Source: Mesorhizobium sp. ZC-5
GTDB lineage: Bacteria > Pseudomonadota > Alphaproteobacteria > Rhizobiales > Rhizobiaceae
Direction of reading: 5' to 3'
Length of the DNA stretch: 64,000 nucleotides
Assembly (NCBI RefSeq): GCF_025753855.1
Contig: NZ_JAOWPT010000004.1
Coordinates: 167,871 to 231,870, forward strand
The position numbers and the translations under genes are program-made. Of the stretch, positions 1 through 7,826 are shown piece by piece; position 1 is the first letter of the stretch; every line of letters starts with the position of its first letter. The notes beneath the pieces are model-generated. The model was not told the DNA's origin and ran no database searches. It saw only the letters and a list, made by a program, of their open reading frames with translations.

Positions 1-691
1 TGAGCACTTCCTGCGGCGAGCCGGCGGCGGCAAGCCGCCCGTGGTGCATGACGTGGATGCGATCGGCGTACATGGCGGTCAGGTTGAGGTCGTGCAGGAT
101 GGCGACAACGCACCCTCCCCGCCTGGCGAAATCGCGGGCGATGTTCATGATGATGAGCTGATGCTTGATGTCGAGGCTGGACACTGGCTCGTCGAGGAAG
201 AGATAGCGCGGCGCGCCTTCCAGCACCGGCGCCCACACCTGGCAGAGCACGCGGGCAAGCTGCACGCGCTGCTGCTCGCCGCCGGAAAGCTCCTGGTAGA
301 AACGGCCGGCGAAACCGTCGAGGTCGACGCGTGCCAGTGCGCGGTCGGGCAGCCGCTCCGTCTCGCCCGCCAGCACGCCCGAACGGCCGTTGAGCATGCC
401 GAGCTTGACGATCTCGCGCACCGTGAACGGAAACGACAGCGCCGTCTGCTGCGGCAGCACGGCCCGCAGCGCCGCCGATTCCCACGGCTTCATCTGCGAA
501 ATCCCGCAGCCGTTCATCGTGATCGAACCGCTGTGCGGCAGGTCGCCCGCCAGCGCGCGCAGGAAAGTCGTCTTGCCGGAACCGTTGGGGCCGACGATCG
601 CCGCGAGTTCGCCCGGCCGCATCTCGAAATCGACGTTCTGGACGATGCGCTTGCCGCCGATGGACACCGAGACGTCGCGTGCTTCGATCAT
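1..691 (-). CDS. hmuV: Hemin ABC transporter ATP-binding protein (FecE/HmuV family). The gene's 3' end runs beyond the window start.
   Basis: Reverse-complement translation starts MIEARDVSVSIGGKRIVQNVDFEMRPGELAAIVGPNGSGKTTFLRALAGDLP... It has Walker A GPNGSGKT, the ABC signature LSGGEQQR and Walker B LFLDEP. Its start is 10 nt downstream of the hmuU stop in an hmuTUV arrangement. Confidence 0.85.
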   Translation of the reverse strand, partial: MIEARDVSVSIGGKRIVQNVDFEMRPGELAAIVGPNGSGKTTFLRALAGDLPHSGSITMNGCGISQMKPWESAALRAVLPQQTALSFPFTVREIVKLGMLNGRSGVLAGETERLPDRALARVDLDGFAGRFYQELSGGEQQRVQLARVLCQVWAPVLEGAPRYLFLDEPVSSLDIKHQLIIMNIARDFARRGGCVVAILHDLNLTAMYADRIHVMHHGRLAAAGSPQEVL

Positions 692-701
692 TTTCTTGCC
701 C

Positions 702-1802
702 CTAGAGATCGATCAGCCCGCGCTTGCGCAGCAGGATCCACAGGAAGAACGGCGCGCCGACCGCGGCGGTGACGATGCCGATCGGCAGTTCCGCCGGCGC
801 CACGATGGTGCGGCTGACGGCATCGGCGAGCAAGAGCAGGCTGGCGCCGAGTAGCGCCGAAGCCGGCAGCAGATAGCGGTTGTCGGGTCCGATCACCAGG
901 CGCAGCAGATGCGGCACCACGATGCCGACGAAACCGATGCCGCCGCTGACCGCCACCGACGCGCCGACCGACGCCGAAACGGCAACGATCGCCACATATT
1001 TGAAGCGCTGCACCGGAATGCCGAGATGGCTGGCCGAAGCCTCGCCCAGCGCCAGGGCGTTGAGGCCGCGCGCCAGGAACGGTGCCGCCGCCAGCGACGC
1101 CATGATGATCGGCCCGGCGGTGGCGATCTTGCCCCAGGTGGCGCCGGCCAGCGAGCCTAGCTGCCAGAAAGTCAGGTCGCGCAACTGGCGGTCGTCGGCC
1201 ATGAAGACCAGCAGGCCGGTGAAGGCCATCGCCATCGCGCCGAGCGCGATGCCGGCAAGCAGCATGGTCGCGACCGAGGTCTGCCCGCGCCGCGTCGACA
1301 CCCGGTAGAGAACCAGTGTGACTGCCAGCCCGCCGCCGAAGGCCGCGACCGGCAGTGCGTAGATGCCGAGCATCGCGGTGAACGGTGCGAGCGAGGTGGC
1401 GCCGAGCACGATCACCGAAACCGCCCCCAGGCTGGCGCCGCTGGAGACGCCGACGAGACCGGGATCGGCGAGCGGGTTGCGGAACAGGCCCTGCATGACG
1501 GCGCCGGATACCGCGAGCGCAGCTCCGATCAGCACACCGAGCACGACGCGCGGCAGGCGGATGTCGTAGACGATGAGGCGGTCGCGCGCGGAAAGCGCGT
1601 CGCCGGGTGCCTGGAACAGCCAGTCCGACAGGACGGCGGTGGCCGACGCGTCGGACGCGCCGTAGGCGAGGCTGATCAGCACAGTTGCTGCAAGCAGCAG
1701 GCAAAGCAGCAGGATCGCCAGCCGCGCCCTGCCGCTGCGATCACCATCAGGATTGCGGCGCGCAGCCATGACCAGCGCGCCGTCGGCGGATCGATCGACC
1801 AT
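702..1802 (-). CDS. hmuU: Hemin ABC transporter permease (FecCD family)
   Basis: 366-aa highly hydrophobic FecCD-type permease. It sits between the heme-binding protein gene and the ATPase gene. Confidence 0.85.
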   Translation of the reverse strand: MVDRSADGALVMAARRNPDGDRSGRARLAILLLCLLLAATVLISLAYGASDASATAVLSDWLFQAPGDALSARDRLIVYDIRLPRVVLGVLIGAALAVSGAVMQGLFRNPLADPGLVGVSSGASLGAVSVIVLGATSLAPFTAMLGIYALPVAAFGGGLAVTLVLYRVSTRRGQTSVATMLLAGIALGAMAMAFTGLLVFMADDRQLRDLTFWQLGSLAGATWGKIATAGPIIMASLAAAPFLARGLNALALGEASASHLGIPVQRFKYVAIVAVSASVGASVAVSGGIGFVGIVVPHLLRLVIGPDNRYLLPASALLGASLLLLADAVSRTIVAPAELPIGIVTAAVGAPFFLWILLRKRGLIDL

Positions 1803-1808
1803 GATGTG

Positions 1809-2705
1809 TCAGTTCTGCACCGCGTCGCCGTAGAGCGCGGCGGACAGATCGCGGATCGCGGCGGCGGTGCGCGGGCCGAAGCCGAGCAGATAGGCGCCAT
1901 CCATGCGGATCAGCTTCTTGGCCTGGCCGGCCGGCGTCGACGCGATCGCCGGATGCGCGAAGAGATCGTTGCCGGTGGCGGCATGGTCGTCGCCCCCGCG
2001 ATCCATCATCAGGATGACGTCGGGCTTGGCATCGATGATTGCCTCGTCGGAAAGCTGCTTGTAGCCGGAATAGTCGCTGACGACATTCACCGCGCCCGCC
2101 ATGGCGATGATGCCGTCCGCGGCGGTGTCGGTCCCCGAAGCAAGGATCTTCCCCCCCTGCATGCTGAGAATGAACAGCACCCGCTTGCGCTCGGTGATCC
2201 TGGCGGTCAGCGCCTCGGCAGCGTCGATATCGGCCTCGACGCTCCTGGCGAGTTCGGCGGCCTTGCCCTCGTCGCCCAGCGCATGCCCGACAACCTTGAT
2301 CTTTTCGATAATGCCGTCACGGTCGAACTTTTCCGGCACCATGACGAAAGGCACGCTGGCCTTCTTCAGGACATCGACCGTCTCGCGCGGGCCGCTGCCT
2401 TCGAGCGCGATGATCGCATCGGGGTTCACCGAAAGCACGCCTTCCGGCGACAGCTGCCGCATGTAGCCGACGTCAGGCAGCTGAAACACCGCCTGCGGAT
2501 AGACGCTGGTCGAATCGCGCGCCACCAGCCGCTTTTCGAGGCCCAGCGCATAGACGATCTCGGTCACCGAGCCGCCGATCGCGACGACGCGTGCGGCATC
2601 CGGCAAGGCCGCTGTCGTTTCTTCCGAAAGGGCAGGAGAAGCAGCGAAGGCGAAAGCCAGGGCGGCACCGGCGACAAGCGCCTTGAACGACGAAAACAAA
2701 CGCAT
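1809..2705 (-). CDS. hmuT: Periplasmic hemin-binding protein (class III SBP)
   Basis: The ORF 1809..3026 contains an internal Met (MRLFSSFKALVAGAALAFAFA...) preceded by a good RBS (aggagtggag). A signal peptide follows. The upstream 107 codons are a high-GC artefact. Confidence 0.8.
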   Translation of the reverse strand: MRLFSSFKALVAGAALAFAFAASPALSEETTAALPDAARVVAIGGSVTEIVYALGLEKRLVARDSTSVYPQAVFQLPDVGYMRQLSPEGVLSVNPDAIIALEGSGPRETVDVLKKASVPFVMVPEKFDRDGIIEKIKVVGHALGDEGKAAELARSVEADIDAAEALTARITERKRVLFILSMQGGKILASGTDTAADGIIAMAGAVNVVSDYSGYKQLSDEAIIDAKPDVILMMDRGGDDHAATGNDLFAHPAIASTPAGQAKKLIRMDGAYLLGFGPRTAAAIRDLSAALYGDAVQN

Positions 2706-2713
2706 CTCCACTC

Positions 2714-3775
2714 CTAGGCCGCCGTAGAGCGGGGAACGCGCGGCAGGTTCTCGGCGAGGAAGCGCCAGTCGCCGCGCTCGTCCTGGCCTTCGTGCCGCTT
2801 GCCGAAGAACTGGATGATCATCTTGCGGTCGGCATCGTAAGCCTCGAGCGAGGTGACGTGGCCGTCCTTGGTCGGCTTGCGCACCGCCCACAGTTCCTGG
2901 ATGTGGTCGAGCCTGAGATGCAGATGGAACGTCTCGTCGAAAATATTGATCCACGGCCCCATCGGCTTGACGTTCTGGATCGGTCCGGAATGGATCTGGA
3001 TGCAGCCGCGGTTGCCGACGAAGCACATGATCGGGATCTGGTCCTGCACCGCGTGATTGAACATCGCGGTCAGCGCGTCGACGTCGAGCGGCCAGGCGTA
3101 ATCCTGGCCGACCATGCGGATCGCCTCGTGGCGGCTGAGCTTCAGCGCCTTCAGCATGCCGAAGAACTGGTGGACGTCGGTGAGCCGGCTCCAGCGGTCG
3201 CGCAAATCGTCGATATTGGCGGTGTCTTCCGGCGCGTTGTCGTCGTTGGCCGTTGCGAGCGGCACCGTCCGTACCGATTGCGACTGGTCCGCCGAGACCA
3301 GCTCTGCGACGAGCTTCTGATAGGCGTAAAGATTGGACGCCGGCCTCAGATGCACCTTGTGCACCGCTTCGCCGGTCTCGTCGAAGAACTGCAGGCTGTG
3401 CCTGACCCCGTCGCCGTCGCGCTTTTCGACCGCGAAGCCATGCGCCCAGATCTTGGGGAAGATGCGCAGGTCGATCTGCTCGCCCAGCACCATCGCGTTG
3501 TGGTTGCCGGTGACGACCTTGTCGTAGATGCCGATCTTTTCGTGCACGGCGCTTTCGTTGCGCGTCAGCGCCATCACTTCGCCGACCGCCTCCAGCCCGT
3601 TCAATACGTCGTTGACGCGCGGCTCGATGCAGGTGACGCCTTCGCCGACGAAAGCGGCAACGAATTCCGCTTCCGAAATGCCGAGTTGCGCGGCCAGGTC
3701 GCGCTCGCGCATCTTCGGGTTTTCGGCGCGCGCCTTTATGATCTCGCTCGGCGCGGGTTTCACCAATGCAGTCAT
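2714..3775 (-). CDS. hmuS: Heme utilisation/degradation protein (ChuS/HemS/HmuS family)
   Basis: 353 aa, HemS/ChuS-like two-domain protein, directly upstream of hmuTUV. Confidence 0.8.
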   Translation of the reverse strand: MTALVKPAPSEIIKARAENPKMRERDLAAQLGISEAEFVAAFVGEGVTCIEPRVNDVLNGLEAVGEVMALTRNESAVHEKIGIYDKVVTGNHNAMVLGEQIDLRIFPKIWAHGFAVEKRDGDGVRHSLQFFDETGEAVHKVHLRPASNLYAYQKLVAELVSADQSQSVRTVPLATANDDNAPEDTANIDDLRDRWSRLTDVHQFFGMLKALKLSRHEAIRMVGQDYAWPLDVDALTAMFNHAVQDQIPIMCFVGNRGCIQIHSGPIQNVKPMGPWINIFDETFHLHLRLDHIQELWAVRKPTKDGHVTSLEAYDADRKMIIQFFGKRHEGQDERGDWRFLAENLPRVPRSTAA

Positions 3776-3784
3776 TTCAGTCCC

Positions 3785-3919
3785 CTACTTGTTCAGTATC
3801 AGCTTGCCCTGCCGGGTGATCTTCAGCCGGTAGAGCGCACCGTGATGCTCGATGCCGATCTCGTGCTCGCCGACGAACAGGGACTGGCTGGTCAGCACGC
3901 GCATCGGCGCCCGCATCAT
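3785..3919 (-). CDS. hmuP: Small hemin uptake protein HemP/HmuP
   Basis: Probable start at an internal Met giving ~44 aa. The C-terminus ...GIEHHGALYRLKITRQGKLILNK matches the HemP signature (YRLRxTRxGKLILTK). It is the first gene of the hmuPSTUV operon. Confidence 0.6.
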   Translation of the reverse strand: MMRAPMRVLTSQSLFVGEHEIGIEHHGALYRLKITRQGKLILNK

Positions 3920-4286
3920 CGGGGTCCTGTTTTCGATCGCCGGAGCCGGACGGCGGGTGTTGTGCGGGAAGTACAATGGGTTGTGGCTGTTCACGTGACT
4001 GGTCCCTTTTTGCGCGGGGCTTGCATCAGCTTGCTGGGCGGTTTTCGTGAATCCCAAACTGAATTCTTGACACTAATTATCAGGTTTAATAGGGAGTGCA
4101 ATACCGGAGTATTCGAGTCAAGATTTTAGGCAACGAACGACGGAAATGCCAGCCAGCGAGATCGCCAGCCCGCATCCAGCAGCAATTTTGTGGAGAACGG
4201 GAATGGGGCCTGTCGATTCTAGGCAGACGGAGTGGGGTGTATCTCGGGCTGAAGGCAGGCAATCGCCTGCCTTTCGAACAAGGCCC
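3920..4286. promoter_or_regulatory. Divergent hmuP / hmuR promoter region. It has an AT-rich core and a TGA-N9-TCA (RirA IRO-box-like) motif at about 4068..4082.
   Basis: tgacactaattatca = TGA + 9 nt + TCA. The local GC drop (ttgacactaattatcaggtttaatag) sits between two iron-regulated transcription units. Confidence 0.4.
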
Positions 4287-6428
4287 ATGCTTTTGGCCGG
4301 AGTAGCGGCGCTCGCTGTTTTCGGCATGCCTGCGCAGGCGCAGGAAACCACGCAGCCAGCCGCCGGCGCGCCCCCCGCCGAAGGACAGGCACAGGGCGAA
4401 ACACTGGCGCAGGACAGCGCCGGCACCACGCTTCTCGACCGCGTGCTTGTAGTCAGCCGCACCGGCGAAACCTCGATCGAAAGCCTTGCCTCGACCAGCC
4501 AGGTCGACCAGGAACAGATCGACCGCCGCATGGCCGCCACCCCGCAGGATCTGCTCTTCGGCGTCCCCGGCGTCGCCCTGCAGACCGATGCCAACAGAAC
4601 CGCCTCCAGCGTCAACATTCGCGGCCTGCAGGATTTCGGCCGCGTGGCCGTCATCGTCGACGGGGCGCGGCAGAATTTCCAGCGCTCCGGCCACGGCACC
4701 CAGTCGATGGTGTGGATCGACCCTGAACTGGTCAAACAGGTCGACGTGATCCGCGGCCCGGTCGCCAACACCTATGGTTCCGGCGCCATCGGCGGCGTCG
4801 TCTTCTTCGAGACCAAGGACGCCATCGACTTCCTGCGTCCGGGTGAAACCTGGGGCGCCTCGGTCACAGGCCGCTACGACACCAACGGCCAGGGCTGGAC
4901 CACCAGCGCCACCGGCGCCTACAAGTTCAACGACGCGGCCGACGTCCTCGGCAATATCGTCTACCGCGACTTCGGCAACTACAAAGACGGCGACGGCGAC
5001 GAAGTCGAGGGTTCCGCCTTCGACGTGCTCAGCGGCATGCTGAAGTCGACCATCCGCCCGAGCGAGAACAGCGAGTTGAAGCTCGGCTGGGTCGGCGCCG
5101 ACGACAGCTGGACGGAAGGCTCCAACGCCTACGATCTCGGCGTCAAGCAGAACACGTTCACGGCACGCTACAACATCACCGACGAAGACAAGAGCTGGCT
5201 CGACCTGCACGTCAATCTTGCCTACAACCAGGCCGACCTCGACCAGACCTATCTGCGCGACGTGAGGCGTTTCAGCTCCATCACCGGCTTGCCGATCACC
5301 GTCCCGGCAGGCTCGCAGACCACGTACGATCTCGACACCACCGGCATCGACATCTGGAACACGTCGCGGTTCGATACCGGCACGGTCTCGCACGAACTCA
5401 CTTACGGCGGCGACTGGGTCACCGACAATGTCGACACCGCCAGCCCGGAAGGCGGCAGCGACCTGTTCACGCCGAGCGGCGACCGCCGCGTTTCGGGCGC
5501 CTACATCCAGGAAAAGCTGACCTGGGACTGGCTCGAAGTGATCGGCGCGCTGCGTTACGACAGCTACGAACTCGACAATGACGAAGGCGACGTTTCCGGC
5601 GACCGGCTGTCGCCGCGCATTACTGTCGGCGTCTCGCCGTTCGAGCAGATCGGACTCGAGGGATTGCAGATCTACGGCACCTACGCGGAAGGCTATCGCT
5701 CGCCCTCGCTGTCGGAAACGCTGATCAGCGGGCTGCATCCCAACGGCGTCGTCTTCCCGTTCCTGCCCAATCCCGACCTGCGCCCGGAAACGGCAAAGAC
5801 CTGGGAATTCGGCCTTAACTACAGCCAGGACGGCATCTTCGCCGCCGATGACGGGCTGCGCCTCAAGGCGGCCTACTTCAACAACGACGTGGATGATTAT
5901 ATCGGCGGCACCACGCTGTCGGCGTTCGACCCGACCAGCGGCTGCCCGTTCATTCCCGGCCCCGGCGTCATTCCGATCTGCTTCCAGTACCAGAACTACG
6001 CCAATGCCGAGATCAAGGGTTTCGAGCTTGAAGGCGTTTACGAAGCCGGCTGGGGATTTGTCGGGCTTTCGGCTTCGATCATCGACGGCCACACCGTTTC
6101 CTACGAAGGCGTAACGGAAGATCTTCTCACCATCCCGTCGTCGCAGGTCACCGCGCAGGTCGGCTTCCGTTTCCTCGAGGACAAGCTGACCATCGGCGGC
6201 GAAGTCCAGTACAACGGCGCCCCGGAGGGCAACGACACCGCGGAGGATTATACGCTGGTCAACGCCTTCGCCAGCTACCAGGCGACCGAGGACTTCAAGG
6301 TCGACTTCCGCGCCGACAACATCTTCGACGTCAAATATGCGAACCCGCTTAACTCGTCGGCCACGACGACCATCTACGAGCCCGGCGTGACGCTGAAGCT
6401 TGCTGCAACCATGCGTTTTGGAGGGTAA
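4287..6428 (+). CDS. hmuR: TonB-dependent outer-membrane hemin receptor
   Basis: Start chosen at Met48 of ORF 4146..6428 (MLLAGVAALAVFGMPAQAQ signal peptide). It has a TonB box/plug region and ends in the C-terminal aromatic residue of a beta-barrel (...MRFGG). Length is 713 aa. Confidence 0.85.
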   Translation: MLLAGVAALAVFGMPAQAQETTQPAAGAPPAEGQAQGETLAQDSAGTTLLDRVLVVSRTGETSIESLASTSQVDQEQIDRRMAATPQDLLFGVPGVALQTDANRTASSVNIRGLQDFGRVAVIVDGARQNFQRSGHGTQSMVWIDPELVKQVDVIRGPVANTYGSGAIGGVVFFETKDAIDFLRPGETWGASVTGRYDTNGQGWTTSATGAYKFNDAADVLGNIVYRDFGNYKDGDGDEVEGSAFDVLSGMLKSTIRPSENSELKLGWVGADDSWTEGSNAYDLGVKQNTFTARYNITDEDKSWLDLHVNLAYNQADLDQTYLRDVRRFSSITGLPITVPAGSQTTYDLDTTGIDIWNTSRFDTGTVSHELTYGGDWVTDNVDTASPEGGSDLFTPSGDRRVSGAYIQEKLTWDWLEVIGALRYDSYELDNDEGDVSGDRLSPRITVGVSPFEQIGLEGLQIYGTYAEGYRSPSLSETLISGLHPNGVVFPFLPNPDLRPETAKTWEFGLNYSQDGIFAADDGLRLKAAYFNNDVDDYIGGTTLSAFDPTSGCPFIPGPGVIPICFQYQNYANAEIKGFELEGVYEAGWGFVGLSASIIDGHTVSYEGVTEDLLTIPSSQVTAQVGFRFLEDKLTIGGEVQYNGAPEGNDTAEDYTLVNAFASYQATEDFKVDFRADNIFDVKYANPLNSSATTTIYEPGVTLKLAATMRFGG

Positions 6429-6877
6429 TGAGTATGTTGAAACCGGCGGCGTTCGCCCGTTTTCTGACCGCGGCGGTCGCGATGTCGCCCATGCCGGTGC
6501 TGGCGCAGTCTGGGGATGCCGCGCCGGCACCGGTCCTCACCCTCGAACTCAACGCGCTGCAGCCCTCGGAAAAGGGCTGCCGCCTGACCTTCGTGGTGAA
6601 CAACGGTCTCGGCGGCGAGCTTGCCCAAGCCGCCTTCGAGATCGCCCTGTTCAATGCCGAAGGCGTCGTCGACAGGCTGATGGTGCTCGATTTCAAGGAA
6701 CTTCCCGTCGGCAAGACCAAGGTCAGCCGCTTCGACCTTGCGGGAGCCGACTGCGGCAAGATCAGCCGCGTGCTGATCAACCACGCGACGGAATGCACGG
6801 GGGGCGGCATCGAGCCGGCAGCCTGCACCCGTCAACTCAAGACCGATACGAAAACCAGCGTCACATTCGGTCTCTGA
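6428..6877 (+). CDS. Hypothetical secreted protein (signal peptide, 4 Cys). Its start overlaps the hmuR stop.
   Basis: RBS ggaggg is 3 nt before the ATG. Signal peptide MSMLKPAAFARFLTAAVAMSPMPVLA | QSG. Mature protein is ~120 aa with CxxxC-like spacing (CGK...ECTGG...AAC). Confidence 0.55.
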   Translation: MSMLKPAAFARFLTAAVAMSPMPVLAQSGDAAPAPVLTLELNALQPSEKGCRLTFVVNNGLGGELAQAAFEIALFNAEGVVDRLMVLDFKELPVGKTKVSRFDLAGADCGKISRVLINHATECTGGGIEPAACTRQLKTDTKTSVTFGL

Positions 6878-6911
6878 AGACAACCGCGGACGACCGGACT
6901 AACGCCTCGCG

Positions 6912-7208
6912 ATGCAGCGGGCTATCCGGGACATGCCGCTTACGGACAATGAAATGAACGGACTGACCAGACTGCACACAATCGCCGCGGCGCGCGGCGA
7001 CGGGCTGAGGCCTGAACTGCTCGCGCTGTTCCAGCGGCAGCACGAAACCGCGCGGCATCCAAACGTCGTCGTCCTGCAGCCGCAGGACCGCACTCAGGCG
7101 GGGCCGAGTCCGGTCGGCATCGGCACGACGGATTTGCCGGACGGCGTGCTTGCCTTCCCCGCCCGTCCGTGCACCAGTTTTCAACACGCCAGCAAACGCA
7201 AGCTTTGA
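6912..7208 (+). CDS. Possible small hypothetical protein (98 aa). This is a weak call.
   Basis: High-GC3 ORF between the secreted protein gene and hmuQ. No RBS and no recognisable motif. It could be non-coding. Confidence 0.2.
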   Translation: MQRAIRDMPLTDNEMNGLTRLHTIAAARGDGLRPELLALFQRQHETARHPNVVVLQPQDRTQAGPSPVGIGTTDLPDGVLAFPARPCTSFQHASKRKL

Positions 7209-7220
7209 AAGGAACCAACC

Positions 7221-7535
7221 ATGTACATCGCGATGAACCGCTTCAAGGTGCAGAACGGCTCGGAAGAGGCGTTCGAGAACGTCTGGAAGAACCGCGATTC
7301 CAGCCTGTCCGAGATGAAGGGATTCCAGCAGTTCCATCTCCTGCGCGGGCCGGTCAACGAGGCCGAAGGCTATACGCTGTTCGCCTCCCACACGGTCTGG
7401 GCTTCGCACGAGGATTTCGTCGCCTGGACGAAGTCGCAGAACTTCCGCGACGCGCACAAGAACGCCGGCAACAACAAGACGGTCTATCTCGGCCACCCGC
7501 AGTTCGAGGGTTTTTCGGTCGTCGAAGGGGCTTGA
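7221..7535 (+). CDS. hmuQ: IsdG/ABM-family heme-degrading monooxygenase (HmuQ-like)
   Basis: 104 aa. N-terminal catalytic Asn (MYIAMNRFKV). The stretch TVWASHEDFVAWTKSQNFRDAHKN aligns with the IsdG motif [24 protein letters not shown] (Trp/His triad). RBS gaaagga. Confidence 0.7.
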   Translation: MYIAMNRFKVQNGSEEAFENVWKNRDSSLSEMKGFQQFHLLRGPVNEAEGYTLFASHTVWASHEDFVAWTKSQNFRDAHKNAGNNKTVYLGHPQFEGFSVVEGA

Positions 7536-7548
7536 AGTTTTTGACGGC

Positions 7549-7813
7549 GGTGCGTCCTTCGAGGCTCGCCCGTCAAGATTGGCGCGCAATCGGCTGCGGC
7601 CAGCAGGCTCCCACCTCAGGATGAGGATCGTTGGCGCTAACCGCCGGATGGATCCGTCGTCGCCAACTCCGAAGGGCACACTCCATTCAGCAAGGCGTCG
7701 ACATCTCAGGATTAGCGAGGGTGCGCCAACCGCCCTCATCCTGAGGTGCGAGCCCTCGATGCCATTTGCAAGTTTGGCGCAATGTTTGTGGGGCGAGCCT
7801 CGAAGGACGCACC
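7549..7813. repeat. ~265-bp nested imperfect palindrome (RIME/MITE-like intergenic element)
   Basis: Outer 23-bp perfect inverted repeat: ggtgcgtccttcgaggctcgccc (7549-7571) against gggcgagcctcgaaggacgcacc (7791-7813). Inner 15-bp inverted repeat: cacctcaggatgagg (7613-7627) against cctcatcctgaggtg (7734-7748). A further ttggcgc/gcgccaa pair lies between them. Confidence 0.6.
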
Positions 7814-7826
7814 ACTCACCCCGTCT

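Noticed and set aside
4086-6530. 814-aa ORF on the minus strand
   Set aside because: It is entirely antisense to hmuR. In a ~65% GC genome, stop-free antisense frames are common. It is Arg/Gly/Ala-rich, has no motif and no RBS. Treated as spurious.
6861-7739. 292-aa minus-strand ORF spanning hmuQ and the palindromic element
   Set aside because: It overlaps the well-supported IsdG-like gene in antisense and runs through the inverted-repeat element. No start or RBS support.
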